64,000 nucleotides of DNA, taken from the NCBI GenBank assembly GCA_965197725.1, contig CBDANQ010000059.1, forward strand, positions 1 through 64,000. Reading direction: 5' to 3'. The translations under genes were made by a program, and so were the position numbers. Of this stretch, positions 22,062 to 31,403 are shown one piece after another; positions within the stretch are counted from its first letter, which is position 1, and every line of letters begins with the position of its first letter. The notes under the pieces were generated by a model. That model did no database searches. It was not told the origin of the DNA and saw nothing but the letters and a program-made list of their open reading frames with translations. This stretch comes from Longimicrobiales bacterium. GTDB lineage: Bacteria; Gemmatimonadota; Gemmatimonadetes; Longimicrobiales; Gaopeijiaceae.

Positions 22062-22757
22062 GTGAGCGATATGGATCGTCCCGCTGTGGGCCTCAACGGC
22101 TCCAGGACGGGCTCGCCGACCCTCCCACCCCCCCCGTGGGAAACCGCAGTCGTCCTCCCGGAGACCCGGTCGAACTGGTCGAGACGCGACTTCATCAAGG
22201 GCGTGATCGCCTCCGGGGTGACCGTGTCCGGGGCCTCCTACTTCGGCGCTGGATGCACCGTAGCGCTCCCTGCGCAGACCACCGTGGGCGTGGAGCGGCT
22301 GATCTCGTTGAACGTGAACGGTCAGACTCGAAGAGTCGACGTGCTTCCCTCCGAGACGCTGGCCATGACCCTGCGCTACAAGCTCGGACTCACAGGCACG
22401 AAGCTCGGCTGCGACCGGGCCGAGTGCGGCGCGTGCACGGTCATGATCGACGGCGTCAACCACTACTCGTGCTCGACGCTGACGCACCGCGTCCGGGACC
22501 GTGAAGTAACGACCGTCGAGGGACTCGAGAGCCCGAACGGCGAGCTGCACCCCGTGCAGCAGGCGTTCATCGATGAGCTGGGTCCGCAGTGCGGGTTCTG
22601 CACGCCGGGCCAGGTCATGTCGGCCGTGGCGTTGCTGGGGCGCAATCCGAACCCGACTCGGGACGAAGCGCGCAGGGCGATGTCCGGGAATCTGTGCCGC
22701 TGCGGAGCCTACAATCACTACCTGAACGGCGTGATGCGCGCGGCGAGGGAGGCGTAA
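22062..22757 (+). CDS. [2Fe-2S] subunit of xanthine-oxidase-family enzyme (PaoA/YagT-like), Tat signal
   Basis: SRRDFIKG twin-arginine motif; GTKLGCDRAECGACTV, QCGFCTPG, GNLCRC; RBS AGGAG. Confidence 0.9.
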   Translation: MSDMDRPAVGLNGSRTGSPTLPPPPWETAVVLPETRSNWSRRDFIKGVIASGVTVSGASYFGAGCTVALPAQTTVGVERLISLNVNGQTRRVDVLPSETLAMTLRYKLGLTGTKLGCDRAECGACTVMIDGVNHYSCSTLTHRVRDREVTTVEGLESPNGELHPVQQAFIDELGPQCGFCTPGQVMSAVALLGRNPNPTRDEARRAMSGNLCRCGAYNHYLNGVMRAAREA

Positions 22758-22758
22758 C

Positions 22759-25158
22759 ATGGCTGAGCTAATTGGTAAGGACTTCGCTCCTCCGGATATC
22801 CGTGGGAAAGTCACGGGCGCGGCGAAGTACTCCGAGGACTTCCGTAGGGACGGGATGCTCTTCTGCAGGCTTCTCGCAAGCCCGATGCCGCACGCGCGCG
22901 TGCTGAGCGTCGACGCCACCGAAGCGCTGAGCATGCCGGGAGTCGTCGACATCCTCCTCCCCGACGACGTGCCGGAGCAGCCGGGGGCCAGCACCAACAT
23001 CCTCACGTACGAGCCGCACTTCGTCGGGGAGCCGATCCTCGCCATCGCGGCCGTGGACGAGACGACCGCCCAGAACGCCATCGAGGCGATCAAGCTCGAC
23101 CTCGAGCCGCTCGAGTTCGCCACGGACCCACTCGAGAGCCTACGTGCCGGTGGCCCCAACGCCCGCACGGACGGCAACACCGTCGTGCCGCAGGAGGGCC
23201 TCCAGGAAGTCAAATGGACCGAAGCGGACTTCGCGGCGGCGGGAGAAGGCCAGCTTCCGATGGGGCAGCCCGGCGGCGAATGGTCATACGGCGACCTCGA
23301 GGCCGGTTTCCGAGAAGCCTCGATCATCCTCGACGAGAGCTTCGTCACCGCGGGAACCGCCCACCATTGCATGGAGCCCAGGACGGCGATGGCGTACTGG
23401 GAAAACGGGAAGTGCTTTCTGCACGGTTCCTGTCAGAGCCAGAGCATCGCGATACCGGGCATCGCGGACCTCATCGGCATCGAGCCGGAGGACTTGGTCT
23501 TCATCGCCGAGTACTGCGGCGGGGGGTTCGGCTCCAAGGGCAGGGGGTATCCGGTCATGGTGATTCCGGCCTACATGTCGCGGAAGGTCGGGCGGCCCGT
23601 CCTCATGCGGATCAGCCGAGCGGAGGAATACTTCGTCGGCTCGGCACGGCCCGGCTTCCAGGGCCGCATCAGGATGGGATTCCGCGGGGACGGCAAGCTG
23701 ACAGCGGTCGACCTCTACATCGTTCAGGAGAGCGGCCCGAACGGGGGCGGTGGCGACTTGCGGAGTGCGGCCAGCGCCGTCTCCCTCGTCTATACGCCTC
23801 TCGCCATGCGGTATCGAGGGATCTCGGTGCTTACAAACACCCCCCCGCGCGGTGCCCAGCGTGGTCCAGGACAAAACCAGATCGCGAACGCGGTGGAGCC
23901 GCTGATCGATAAGGCGGCGCGGGAGCTCGGAATCGATCAAGTCGCGATCCGTCGCATCAACGCCCCGACGCAGGAGTCGGGTTACGGCGGCGACCGGGGT
24001 CCCATTACCAGCGCGTACTTGCGCGAGGCGCTGGACATCGGCGCCCAGCAGTTCGGGTGGGTGGGTAGGCGCGCCCGAAGCGGCGAGCGCAACGGCTCCA
24101 AGGTGACCGGAGTCGGTGTAGGACAGGCCTTCCACTCCGCCGGGTCGAGCGGCTACGACGGCCTGGTTCGTATCACGCCCGACGGTCGGCTGCACATCCA
24201 CTCGGGTGCCGGCAACCTGGGCACGTATTCCTACGCGTCGACGTCGCGGGTAGCCGCGGAGGTTCTCGATTACGATTGGGCGCGATGCGAGATCCATCGT
24301 GGCGATTCGAGCCGTGGACTACCGTGGAACAGCTCGCAGGCCGGCAGCAACACGTCCTTCACGCTGTCGCGCACGAACTACGTGGCCGCGATGGACGCGA
24401 TCCAGAAGCTCAAGGAGATCGCCGCGCTGGAGATCGGGGGCTCGGCCGACGACTACGATATCGCGAACGAGGTCGTCTTCAACCGTGCCAACCCGTCCAG
24501 GCGCCTCACGTACGCTCAGGCGGCCAGCAGAGCCATCGAATTGGGCGGCAGATACACCGGACGGGAGCTACCAGAAGAGATCAACGAGATGACCAGGCGC
24601 GCCGCCGAGGGACTCGCCGGCACAGGCCTCATGGGGGTCGCCCGGGACAATGCGGAGCAAGGCGGGACCGTCCCCGCGCTGGCGGCGGGATTCATCGAGA
24701 TCGAGCTCGATGTCGAGACCGGCAAGATCGAGATCATCGATTACCTGGGCGTCGCGGACTGCGGCAAGGTCATGCATCCGCTGGGCCTCGCGAACCAGAT
24801 TAGAGGCGGCGCGGTGACGGGCTTCGGCATGGCTGCCTTCGAGCGCCATATCTACGACACCCGGTGGGGGCTGCCCGGGTCGGTCGGGCTCCATCAAGCC
24901 AAGCCCCCCACGTACCTCGACGTGCCGTCGGAGATGGGCTGGGCCGCCGTCGATGAGGCCGATGCCCAGAACCCGGTCGGTGCAAAGGGGGTCGGCGAGC
25001 CACTCATGGGCTGCGCTTCCGCGGCGCTTCTGTGCGCCATCTCGGACGCTCTCGGGGGCCATTACTTCAACCGCTCGCCGGTTGTCGCCGACATGATCAT
25101 CAACGCCGTCGAGGGACGGTCCCAGTCGCACCGACCACTCCAGGTCAACACACAGTGA
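22759..25158 (+). CDS. Molybdopterin-binding subunit of xanthine-oxidase-family enzyme (PaoC/YagR-like)
   Basis: KVTGAAKY, HCMEPR, GGGFGSKG, QRGPG, NQIRGG, GAKGVGE (catalytic Glu). Confidence 0.92.
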   Translation: MAELIGKDFAPPDIRGKVTGAAKYSEDFRRDGMLFCRLLASPMPHARVLSVDATEALSMPGVVDILLPDDVPEQPGASTNILTYEPHFVGEPILAIAAVDETTAQNAIEAIKLDLEPLEFATDPLESLRAGGPNARTDGNTVVPQEGLQEVKWTEADFAAAGEGQLPMGQPGGEWSYGDLEAGFREASIILDESFVTAGTAHHCMEPRTAMAYWENGKCFLHGSCQSQSIAIPGIADLIGIEPEDLVFIAEYCGGGFGSKGRGYPVMVIPAYMSRKVGRPVLMRISRAEEYFVGSARPGFQGRIRMGFRGDGKLTAVDLYIVQESGPNGGGGDLRSAASAVSLVYTPLAMRYRGISVLTNTPPRGAQRGPGQNQIANAVEPLIDKAARELGIDQVAIRRINAPTQESGYGGDRGPITSAYLREALDIGAQQFGWVGRRARSGERNGSKVTGVGVGQAFHSAGSSGYDGLVRITPDGRLHIHSGAGNLGTYSYASTSRVAAEVLDYDWARCEIHRGDSSRGLPWNSSQAGSNTSFTLSRTNYVAAMDAIQKLKEIAALEIGGSADDYDIANEVVFNRANPSRRLTYAQAASRAIELGGRYTGRELPEEINEMTRRAAEGLAGTGLMGVARDNAEQGGTVPALAAGFIEIELDVETGKIEIIDYLGVADCGKVMHPLGLANQIRGGAVTGFGMAAFERHIYDTRWGLPGSVGLHQAKPPTYLDVPSEMGWAAVDEADAQNPVGAKGVGEPLMGCASAALLCAISDALGGHYFNRSPVVADMIINAVEGRSQSHRPLQVNTQ

Positions 25159-25168
25159 GGACGAGCCC

Positions 25169-26158
25169 ATGATGAAGGACATGATGCCGGGCTTCGAGCT
25201 GTTCCAGCCCACGGACGTGGAAACGGCGTTGGAGCTACTCGACCGCTATGGCGAGAATGGGTGGAGGCTGGCGGGCGGCTACGACAGCATGGACTGGCTG
25301 AAGAACAGGAGCCGGCGCCCTCAAGCGGTGATCGACCTGGAGAGATTGGAAGAACTGAAGGGGATGCGGGAGACCGACGCCGGCGTCGAAATCGGTGCGC
25401 TCACGACGCTGACCGAGATCGAGACCAGCGCGCTGATTCGGCAGCGTTTCGGCCTACTGGCCGAGGCGGCGAGCAACGTGGCGAGCCCGCAGATCCGCAA
25501 CGCCGGCACGATCGGCGGTAATCTTGCACAGGATACGCGCTGCTGGTACTACCGATACGGCGTGAGCTGCTATCGAGCCGGCGGCAACACCTGTTACGCC
25601 GCGGCACCCGAGGCGATGAATCGGGAGCACGCCCTCTTCGGCGCGAGTCGTTGTGTGGCGGTGACGCCGTCCGATTGCGCACCTGCCGTCGTCGCGCTGG
25701 ACGCCGAGATGGTCGTGCGGAACCCGGCGGGCGAGCGTGTCATTCGGGCCCAAGACTTCTTCATGGATCCTTCCGTAGACATCACCCGGATGACCGTGCT
25801 GGAGCCCGACGACCTCTTGACCGCGATCCGGCTACCGAATACGTGGTCGGGCGCGAGCTTCTACTTCGAGAAGGTCGCCGATCGGAACGTGTGGGACTTC
25901 CCGCTCGTCAACGTGGCCGCCGCGTTCCGGATGGACGGTCAGACGGTCGCCGATGCGCGAATCGTGTGCGGGGCGGTGCAGTGCACGCCACGTCGCGTCG
26001 AGGAGGCCGAGCGTCTCGTGCGCGGGCAACCTCGGAGCGAGCAGGTGGCCGAGTCTGCGGCTGCTGTCGCAATCGAGGGGGCTGAGCCGCTCAACTACAA
26101 CCACTTCAAGGTCCCTCTGATGCGCAATCTGGTGATGCGGGCGATTCGGGGGGTATAG
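25169..26158 (+). CDS. FAD-binding subunit (PaoB/YagS-like) with [4Fe-4S] insert
   Basis: LAGG, IGALTTL, ASPQIRNAGTIGGNL, four-Cys insert RCWYYR..SC..GGNTC..RCVAVTPSD. Confidence 0.92.
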   Translation: MMKDMMPGFELFQPTDVETALELLDRYGENGWRLAGGYDSMDWLKNRSRRPQAVIDLERLEELKGMRETDAGVEIGALTTLTEIETSALIRQRFGLLAEAASNVASPQIRNAGTIGGNLAQDTRCWYYRYGVSCYRAGGNTCYAAAPEAMNREHALFGASRCVAVTPSDCAPAVVALDAEMVVRNPAGERVIRAQDFFMDPSVDITRMTVLEPDDLLTAIRLPNTWSGASFYFEKVADRNVWDFPLVNVAAAFRMDGQTVADARIVCGAVQCTPRRVEEAERLVRGQPRSEQVAESAAAVAIEGAEPLNYNHFKVPLMRNLVMRAIRGV

Positions 26159-26244
26159 AGGTGTGGTACGACCGGTCGAGCTGATCGGCGACGAGGAGCG
26201 ACGAGCGCTCGCGGCGATGCCCGACGTCGGGGCGCACGGCAGTC

Positions 26245-26723
26245 TTAGCGAATCTCCGGCCCGCCCGCCGGTCGTCGGCCACGAAGCGATCACGCGCGGG
26301 CATCTCGACGGCGGGCAGGGTCGTCGCGTCCATCACGGCGTCATCCGGGACGAGCCCGTTCAAGTTCAAGATGTAGGCGATTACCGCGTAGGTCTCGTCC
26401 TCCGTCAGGACCCCTGGCGTCAGCTGTGGCATCGCCTTTCTGACGTAGTCGTACAGGGTAGTCGCATACGGCCGGTAGTTGCCGACGGCGCGGGCGACCG
26501 GCCACTGCTCCCACTCGGCGGTACCGACCAAGCGGTCGTACGGGCCCTCGGTTCCGGTGGCGCCGTGGCACGCGACGCAGTGGGTTAGATAGACCTGCTG
26601 ACCTTCGCCAACCGTACCGCTACCGGCGGGCAGCCCTTCCCCGTCCGGCTTGACGTCGATGTCCCACAGCGCGACCCGCGCCTCGGACGCATCCGTACCG
26701 AAGCCGAACTGGTCCGGGTATCG
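26245..26723 (-). pseudogene. Monoheme cytochrome c (SorB/SoxD-like), lacking start and signal peptide, frameshifted at its 3' end
   Basis: FGFG...WDIDVKPDGEGLP.GSGTV.EG..VY..HCVACHG...PYATTLYDYVRKAMP. No in-frame start upstream of the heme motif. The native end DDRRGGPEIR* (TAA 26245-26247) is one base out of frame. Confidence 0.8.
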
Positions 26724-26735
26724 TATACGTTTCCG

Positions 26736-26804
26736 TCGGACGACTCGGTGGCCACGGTCAGCGCCTCGGGCCTCGTGACTGCGGTAGGCAAGGGAGCGAC
26801 GACG
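26736..26804 (+). pseudogene. Fragment of a bacterial Ig-like (Big_2) domain
   Basis: Translates SDDSVATVSASGLVTAVGKGATT, the Big_2 core motif, with no surrounding gene. Confidence 0.6.
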
Positions 26805-26820
26805 AAATGTCTATCGTCCC

Positions 26821-28063
26821 TCAGTCCTGAATCGCCGGGCGGACCAACGCCCGAATCCGCTGCCTCAACCTACCCGGGTTCGCCGTTCGCCGGCGAACTC
26901 TGCCACATCGTGACCACGATCGTCTCGGTACTGGGATCGATCCAGAACTCGGTTCCGGCGCTCCCGTCCCAGCGGTACTCGCCTGTGTGTGCGCCCTCCT
27001 CGGCCGCGTCGGGGTCGACGACGATACTCACGTTGGCGAGCGCCCATCCCGAGCCGTCCCGGCGAGTCGCCACGATCGACTCGCTCAATCCGTTCCGGGT
27101 CATGCGCGCAACTGTGGACTCACGGAGAATGCGCACACCGTCCAGCGTTCCGCCGCTCAGAAGCATCTGCGCCAAACGCAGGAAGTCCGGCACGGTCGAG
27201 ACGAGGCCGACGGCTCCCTCGAGCAGCGCAGGCATCTCGGTGAACGGGACCTCCTCGATGCGATGCGGGCTCAGGGGTGCATCTTCGGAGGAAGCGTATA
27301 CGGCGGCGAACCGGCTGCGCTGCTCGGGCGTGACCCAGAAGCGCGTATCGACCATGCCGAGGGGCTCGAGTACACGCTCCGCGAGGAAGACGTCGAACGG
27401 CTGCCCCGACCAGATCTCGACGAGACGTCCCAGCACTGTCGGAGAGGCGCTATAGCGAAAGCGGACGCCTGGATCGTCCCTCAGCGGCACCCGGACGATG
27501 TTGTCGACGAACTGAGGAAGCGTGATGGCGCGGGAGCGTACACCGGCTTCCCGGTACTCGCTCGAAGAGCGATGGCTCAGGCCGGCCGTGTGAAGCAGCA
27601 GATCCTGGACCGTGATCGGACGAGAGGGAGCGCGGGTCGACCCGTCTTCTTCCAGCACCAGGACCTCGCCGAACCGTGGCAGGAAGTCCGACACCGGGTC
27701 GGAGAGATCGAACCGCCCCTCCTCGAGGAGGATCATCGTTGCGACCGCCGTCACGGACTTCGTCATCGAGTAGATACGAAATACAGACCGCTCCGTCATC
27801 GGGGCACCCGTCTCGAGGTCCTGAACGCCGACCGACTCCAGGTACGCGAGCCGACCCCGGCGCGCGACGGCGACCACGGCTCCGGCGATCCGCTGTGCAG
27901 CGACGAACTCCTCGAGCAGATCGGTCACTTGATCGAGCGGCGGCATGGCGAGACCGGCGGCTGCGGGGGCGACCCGCGGGAGCGGATCCTGGGCGTCGAC
28001 AGCCGCAGTCGCCATCAAGAGGCTCAGCAAAAGCCATATGCATCGGCTTCCCTTCAGTATCAC
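26821..28063 (-). pseudogene. Serine hydrolase (beta-lactamase class C family), last helix frameshifted by a 7-bp duplication
   Basis: Signal peptide, YSMTK (SxxK), LLLHTAGL, FRYS, WDGSAGT. GTTCGCC is duplicated at 26878-26891; removing one copy restores ANPGRLRQRIRALVRPAIQD* ending at 26821. Confidence 0.8.
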
Positions 28064-28340
28064 GCTTTACGCTCCGCTGCTCGGGCACCTCCCGCGAACG
28101 TAGGAGCGCCTTGATGGTGTGTCCAACGAGTTGGCTACCATCACGAGCACGCCGCTTGTCCGGGGTGGGGGCGGCCCGTATCGTCCACGCCCCCATTAGC
28201 ACCGCAGGAGACCCCATCGCTGAAGAGGCTATGGATGGCGCCGTCAGACGCGCCAGCGGTGGTTCGCCCAGCTCCACCTGGGACCACCGCCGCACAGCCT
28301 GTGCGCGCTGCCGAACCGGGGCTCGCTGCTCGCGCCGCTG

Positions 28341-28403
28341 TTCGTCTGGCCAGCCGGGCGGGCTTGAATCCTGGACCGGATCGACGCGCTGCGGTACGAA
28401 TAG
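28341..28403 (+). pseudogene. C-terminal scrap of a MacB/FtsX-type ABC permease
   Basis: FVWPAGRA*ILDRIDALRYE* matches the family terminus PAxRAAxLDPIxALRYE, with an internal stop. Confidence 0.65.
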
Positions 28404-28448
28404 GCACCCAGGCCGACGCCCGCCGCGTTCGCGACGGGCGCCGTCAGG

Positions 28449-28810
<362 letters not shown>

Positions 28811-29007
28811 GGGGAATGCTAATGCTCGGCGCTGCCTCAGGTAAGCGCACTGAGAGCGTCGGACGGCGTCCCGGCACGTATCGGAGACCGCCACTAAATG
28901 GGTTAGGCCTTCCGATCTTGTACGGCGGCTGATCGACTGCTCTGGCGGGGTCCGTGCGACACAAGCAGGTTGTCTCGACTCAGTTCCCGCAGGCCGGATC
29001 CGGACGT

Positions 29008-29240
29008 ATGGCATACCGCTCAGCCGCAGCGCTGCTCGCTCTGCTTCTCCTCCCCCTCGTCGTAGCCGCCCAGAGCGACGGCGAGCCACCGGTGAGATCA
29101 TAGCCGAGCTCGAGCAGCCCAACGCCCAGGGCGGTCTGCCGATGTCGTATATGCGCGAGGGCAAAGAGTGCGTGTTGGTCTCGGTTCGGCGGGGGCGGGG
29201 GACCAGCCGAAATCGTGGCGTTCGCGCTGCCCGACGGGGA
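29008..29240 (+). pseudogene. Collapsed PQQ-dependent dehydrogenase gene (signal peptide joined to last beta-strands)
   Basis: MAYRSAAALLALLLLPLVVAAQSDGE is joined out of frame at about 29085 to ATGEIIAELEQP...GLPMSYMREGKECVLVSV.GG..PAEIVAFALPD, the typical quinoprotein C-terminus. Confidence 0.7.
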
Positions 29241-29251
29241 ACGAAGTGCGA

Positions 29252-29881
29252 GTGAAGACAGGGGTCACCCTCGGGGTCGGCGCCGCGGTGCTCTTCTGTA
29301 GCTGCGCCGATGCCGAGCCCGACGCCCCACCGTCGGAGCCGACGCCGCCTGAGGGCGTGTTCGGTCAAGCGCCTGCGGCGCTGGGGGGGATCCCTTCCGT
29401 GATCACGCTCGAGGCCGAAGCGCCGTTCGACAGAAGTGAGGCCCCCGAATTCCTCATGGATCAACTCGGACTGCAGTTTTCGCCGCTGCGCCTCTTGGTG
29501 CGAGTGGGCGAGCCGGTCCGCTTCCAGAACAGTGAGTCAATCGCCCACAACGTCCATGTCAGCTCCATGTCCGGCGACTCCACGGTGTTCAACGAGGATA
29601 CGATGCTCGGCCAGATTGCGAGCTTCGTCTTCGACGAAGAGGGCGGTTACGACGTCAAGTGTGACATGCACCCCGGCATGACCGCATTCATTTTCGTGAC
29701 GTCGGCTCCGTATGCGGTCTTCGCCGAACAGGATGGCGCGTTCCACGTTTCGGGGGTTCCCGCCGGCGAGTATACGCTGAAGGTGTGGAGCGTCGATGAG
29801 GCCGCGCGCAGCGAACAAACGATCGTGACGGCAGAGGGGAAGGGCACCGAGGTCACCCGATCGTCATCCTCTTCGAGATGA
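29252..29881 (+). CDS. Cupredoxin-domain lipoprotein with C-terminal carboxypeptidase-regulatory-like (prealbumin-fold) domain
   Basis: Hydrophobic leader ending FCSC; HNV and CDMHPGM type-1 copper ligands; DGAF..SGVPAGEYTLKVW. Confidence 0.75.
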   Translation: MKTGVTLGVGAAVLFCSCADAEPDAPPSEPTPPEGVFGQAPAALGGIPSVITLEAEAPFDRSEAPEFLMDQLGLQFSPLRLLVRVGEPVRFQNSESIAHNVHVSSMSGDSTVFNEDTMLGQIASFVFDEEGGYDVKCDMHPGMTAFIFVTSAPYAVFAEQDGAFHVSGVPAGEYTLKVWSVDEAARSEQTIVTAEGKGTEVTRSSSSSR

Positions 29882-29978
29882 CCGACAACTACCGGATCAT
29901 CCTCCCCCCATGTTGGCCGTAGTGCTGGCGCAGCTCGTCGCTTCCCGCCTCCACCCGGACTCCATCTACTCCATCAGA
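29860..29978 (+). pseudogene. Fragment of a ClC chloride channel/transporter
   Basis: IVILFEMTDNYRIILP-(frameshift)-MLAVVLAQLVASRLHPDSIYS matches ClC helices P-R (FEMT.Y.ILPLM...SIY). It overlaps the cupredoxin 3' end in another frame. Confidence 0.7.
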
Positions 29979-30060
29979 CGGGCGGCTTGGCCTCTGAAAT
30001 GCCTGTGGTGACTCGGAATGAAAGTCACTTCGCGCGTGTGGCTCAGTTGGACGTCATCGG

Positions 30061-31356
30061 TTACTCCCCGGCCGCGACCGCCTGAAACGCCCGGTCGGCC
30101 GCTTGTCGCAGAGTCGCGCGCTCGACGTCTCCGTGCACGGTCGAGACGAAGCCAGCCTCGAAGGGCGACGCCGCGAGGTAGACCCCGTTTTCCAGCATGA
30201 CCTGGTAGAAGCGCGCGAACAGCGACCGGTCCAGCCCGGCCGCGGAGTCCCAGTCGGTGACCGGGTCCTCCGTGAGGAAGTAGCCGAACATGGCGCCGAG
30301 GCTCGACACGGAGACGGGGAGACCGGCTTCGCGTGCCGAGGTTCGTAGGACGTCGGCGGTCGCTTCGGTGGACGCCTCGAGCCGCGACCATGCGTCGGGC
30401 TCGTCGAGCTCTCGGAGCGTTGAGAGACCCGCCTGCATCGCCAGCGGATTCCCGGACAGCGTGCCCGCTTGATAGACCGGACCCGCGGGCGCCACCAGAT
30501 CCATGATCTCGGCACGGCCACCGAACGCGCCGACGGGGAGTCCCCCTCCAATCACCTTCCCCAGCGTCGTCATGTCCGGCGTGATGCCGAACCGGCCCTG
30601 AGCACCACCCGGACCCACTCGGAAGCCGGTCATCACCTCGTCGAACACCAGTAGAGCCCGGTGCTCCGAGGTCAGCGCGCGCAGCGCCTCCAGGAAGCCT
30701 TCCTTTGGAAGCACGAGCCCCATGTTGCCCGCCACCGGCTCGACGATGACCGCGGCGACCTCACCCTGGAACGCCTCGAGGATGGCGCCGACCGAGTGCA
30801 CGTCGTTGTAGCGCGCCACCAGGGTGTCTGCGACCGTCGCCTCGGGCACACCGGGGGAGTCGGGCAAGCCGAGCGTCGCCACCCCGGAACCGGCCTCGAC
30901 CAGCAGCATGTCGGCATGCCCGTGATAGCAACCAGCGAACTTCACGATCTTTTTTCGCTCCGTGAACGCGCGGGCCACACGCAGCGCGCTCATCACCGCT
31001 TCTGTGCCCGAGTTCACCATGCGGACCTTCTCGACTGCGGGCATCGCGGCGCAGATCCGCTCGGCGAGCTCGACCTCGGCGGGGCAAGGAGCGCCGAAGC
31101 TGGTGCCTCCGCGCAGCGTCACGGTCAGGTCCGCCACGACGCCCGCGTGCGCGTGTCCGAGAATCAGCGCGCCCCATGACATGACGTGATCGACGTACTG
31201 ATGGCCGTCCACGTCCACCAGGTAGGCGCCCTCGCCATGATCGATGAAGCGTGGATCACGGCCCACGGCCCGGAACGCGCGGACCGGCGAGTTTACGCCC
31301 CCGGGAATGCGCTGCAGAGCCCGATCGAAGAGTCTTCGAGAACGTTCCGAGTCCAT
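30061..31356 (-). CDS. hemL: Glutamate-1-semialdehyde 2,1-aminomutase
   Basis: PGGVNSPVRAF, NSGTEA, GCYHGH, FDEVMTGFR, LGKVIGGGLP, YQAGTLSGNP. Confidence 0.97.
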   Translation of the reverse strand: MDSERSRRLFDRALQRIPGGVNSPVRAFRAVGRDPRFIDHGEGAYLVDVDGHQYVDHVMSWGALILGHAHAGVVADLTVTLRGGTSFGAPCPAEVELAERICAAMPAVEKVRMVNSGTEAVMSALRVARAFTERKKIVKFAGCYHGHADMLLVEAGSGVATLGLPDSPGVPEATVADTLVARYNDVHSVGAILEAFQGEVAAVIVEPVAGNMGLVLPKEGFLEALRALTSEHRALLVFDEVMTGFRVGPGGAQGRFGITPDMTTLGKVIGGGLPVGAFGGRAEIMDLVAPAGPVYQAGTLSGNPLAMQAGLSTLRELDEPDAWSRLEASTEATADVLRTSAREAGLPVSVSSLGAMFGYFLTEDPVTDWDSAAGLDRSLFARFYQVMLENGVYLAASPFEAGFVSTVHGDVERATLRQAADRAFQAVAAGE

Positions 31357-31403
31357 CGCCGGCACCTCATTAATGGCCTGCAGCGATCATCCGTTACAGG
31401 CCA

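Noticed and set aside
28365..28367. Selenocysteine recoding of the in-frame TGA
   Set aside because: It lies in a startless permease scrap at a non-Cys position
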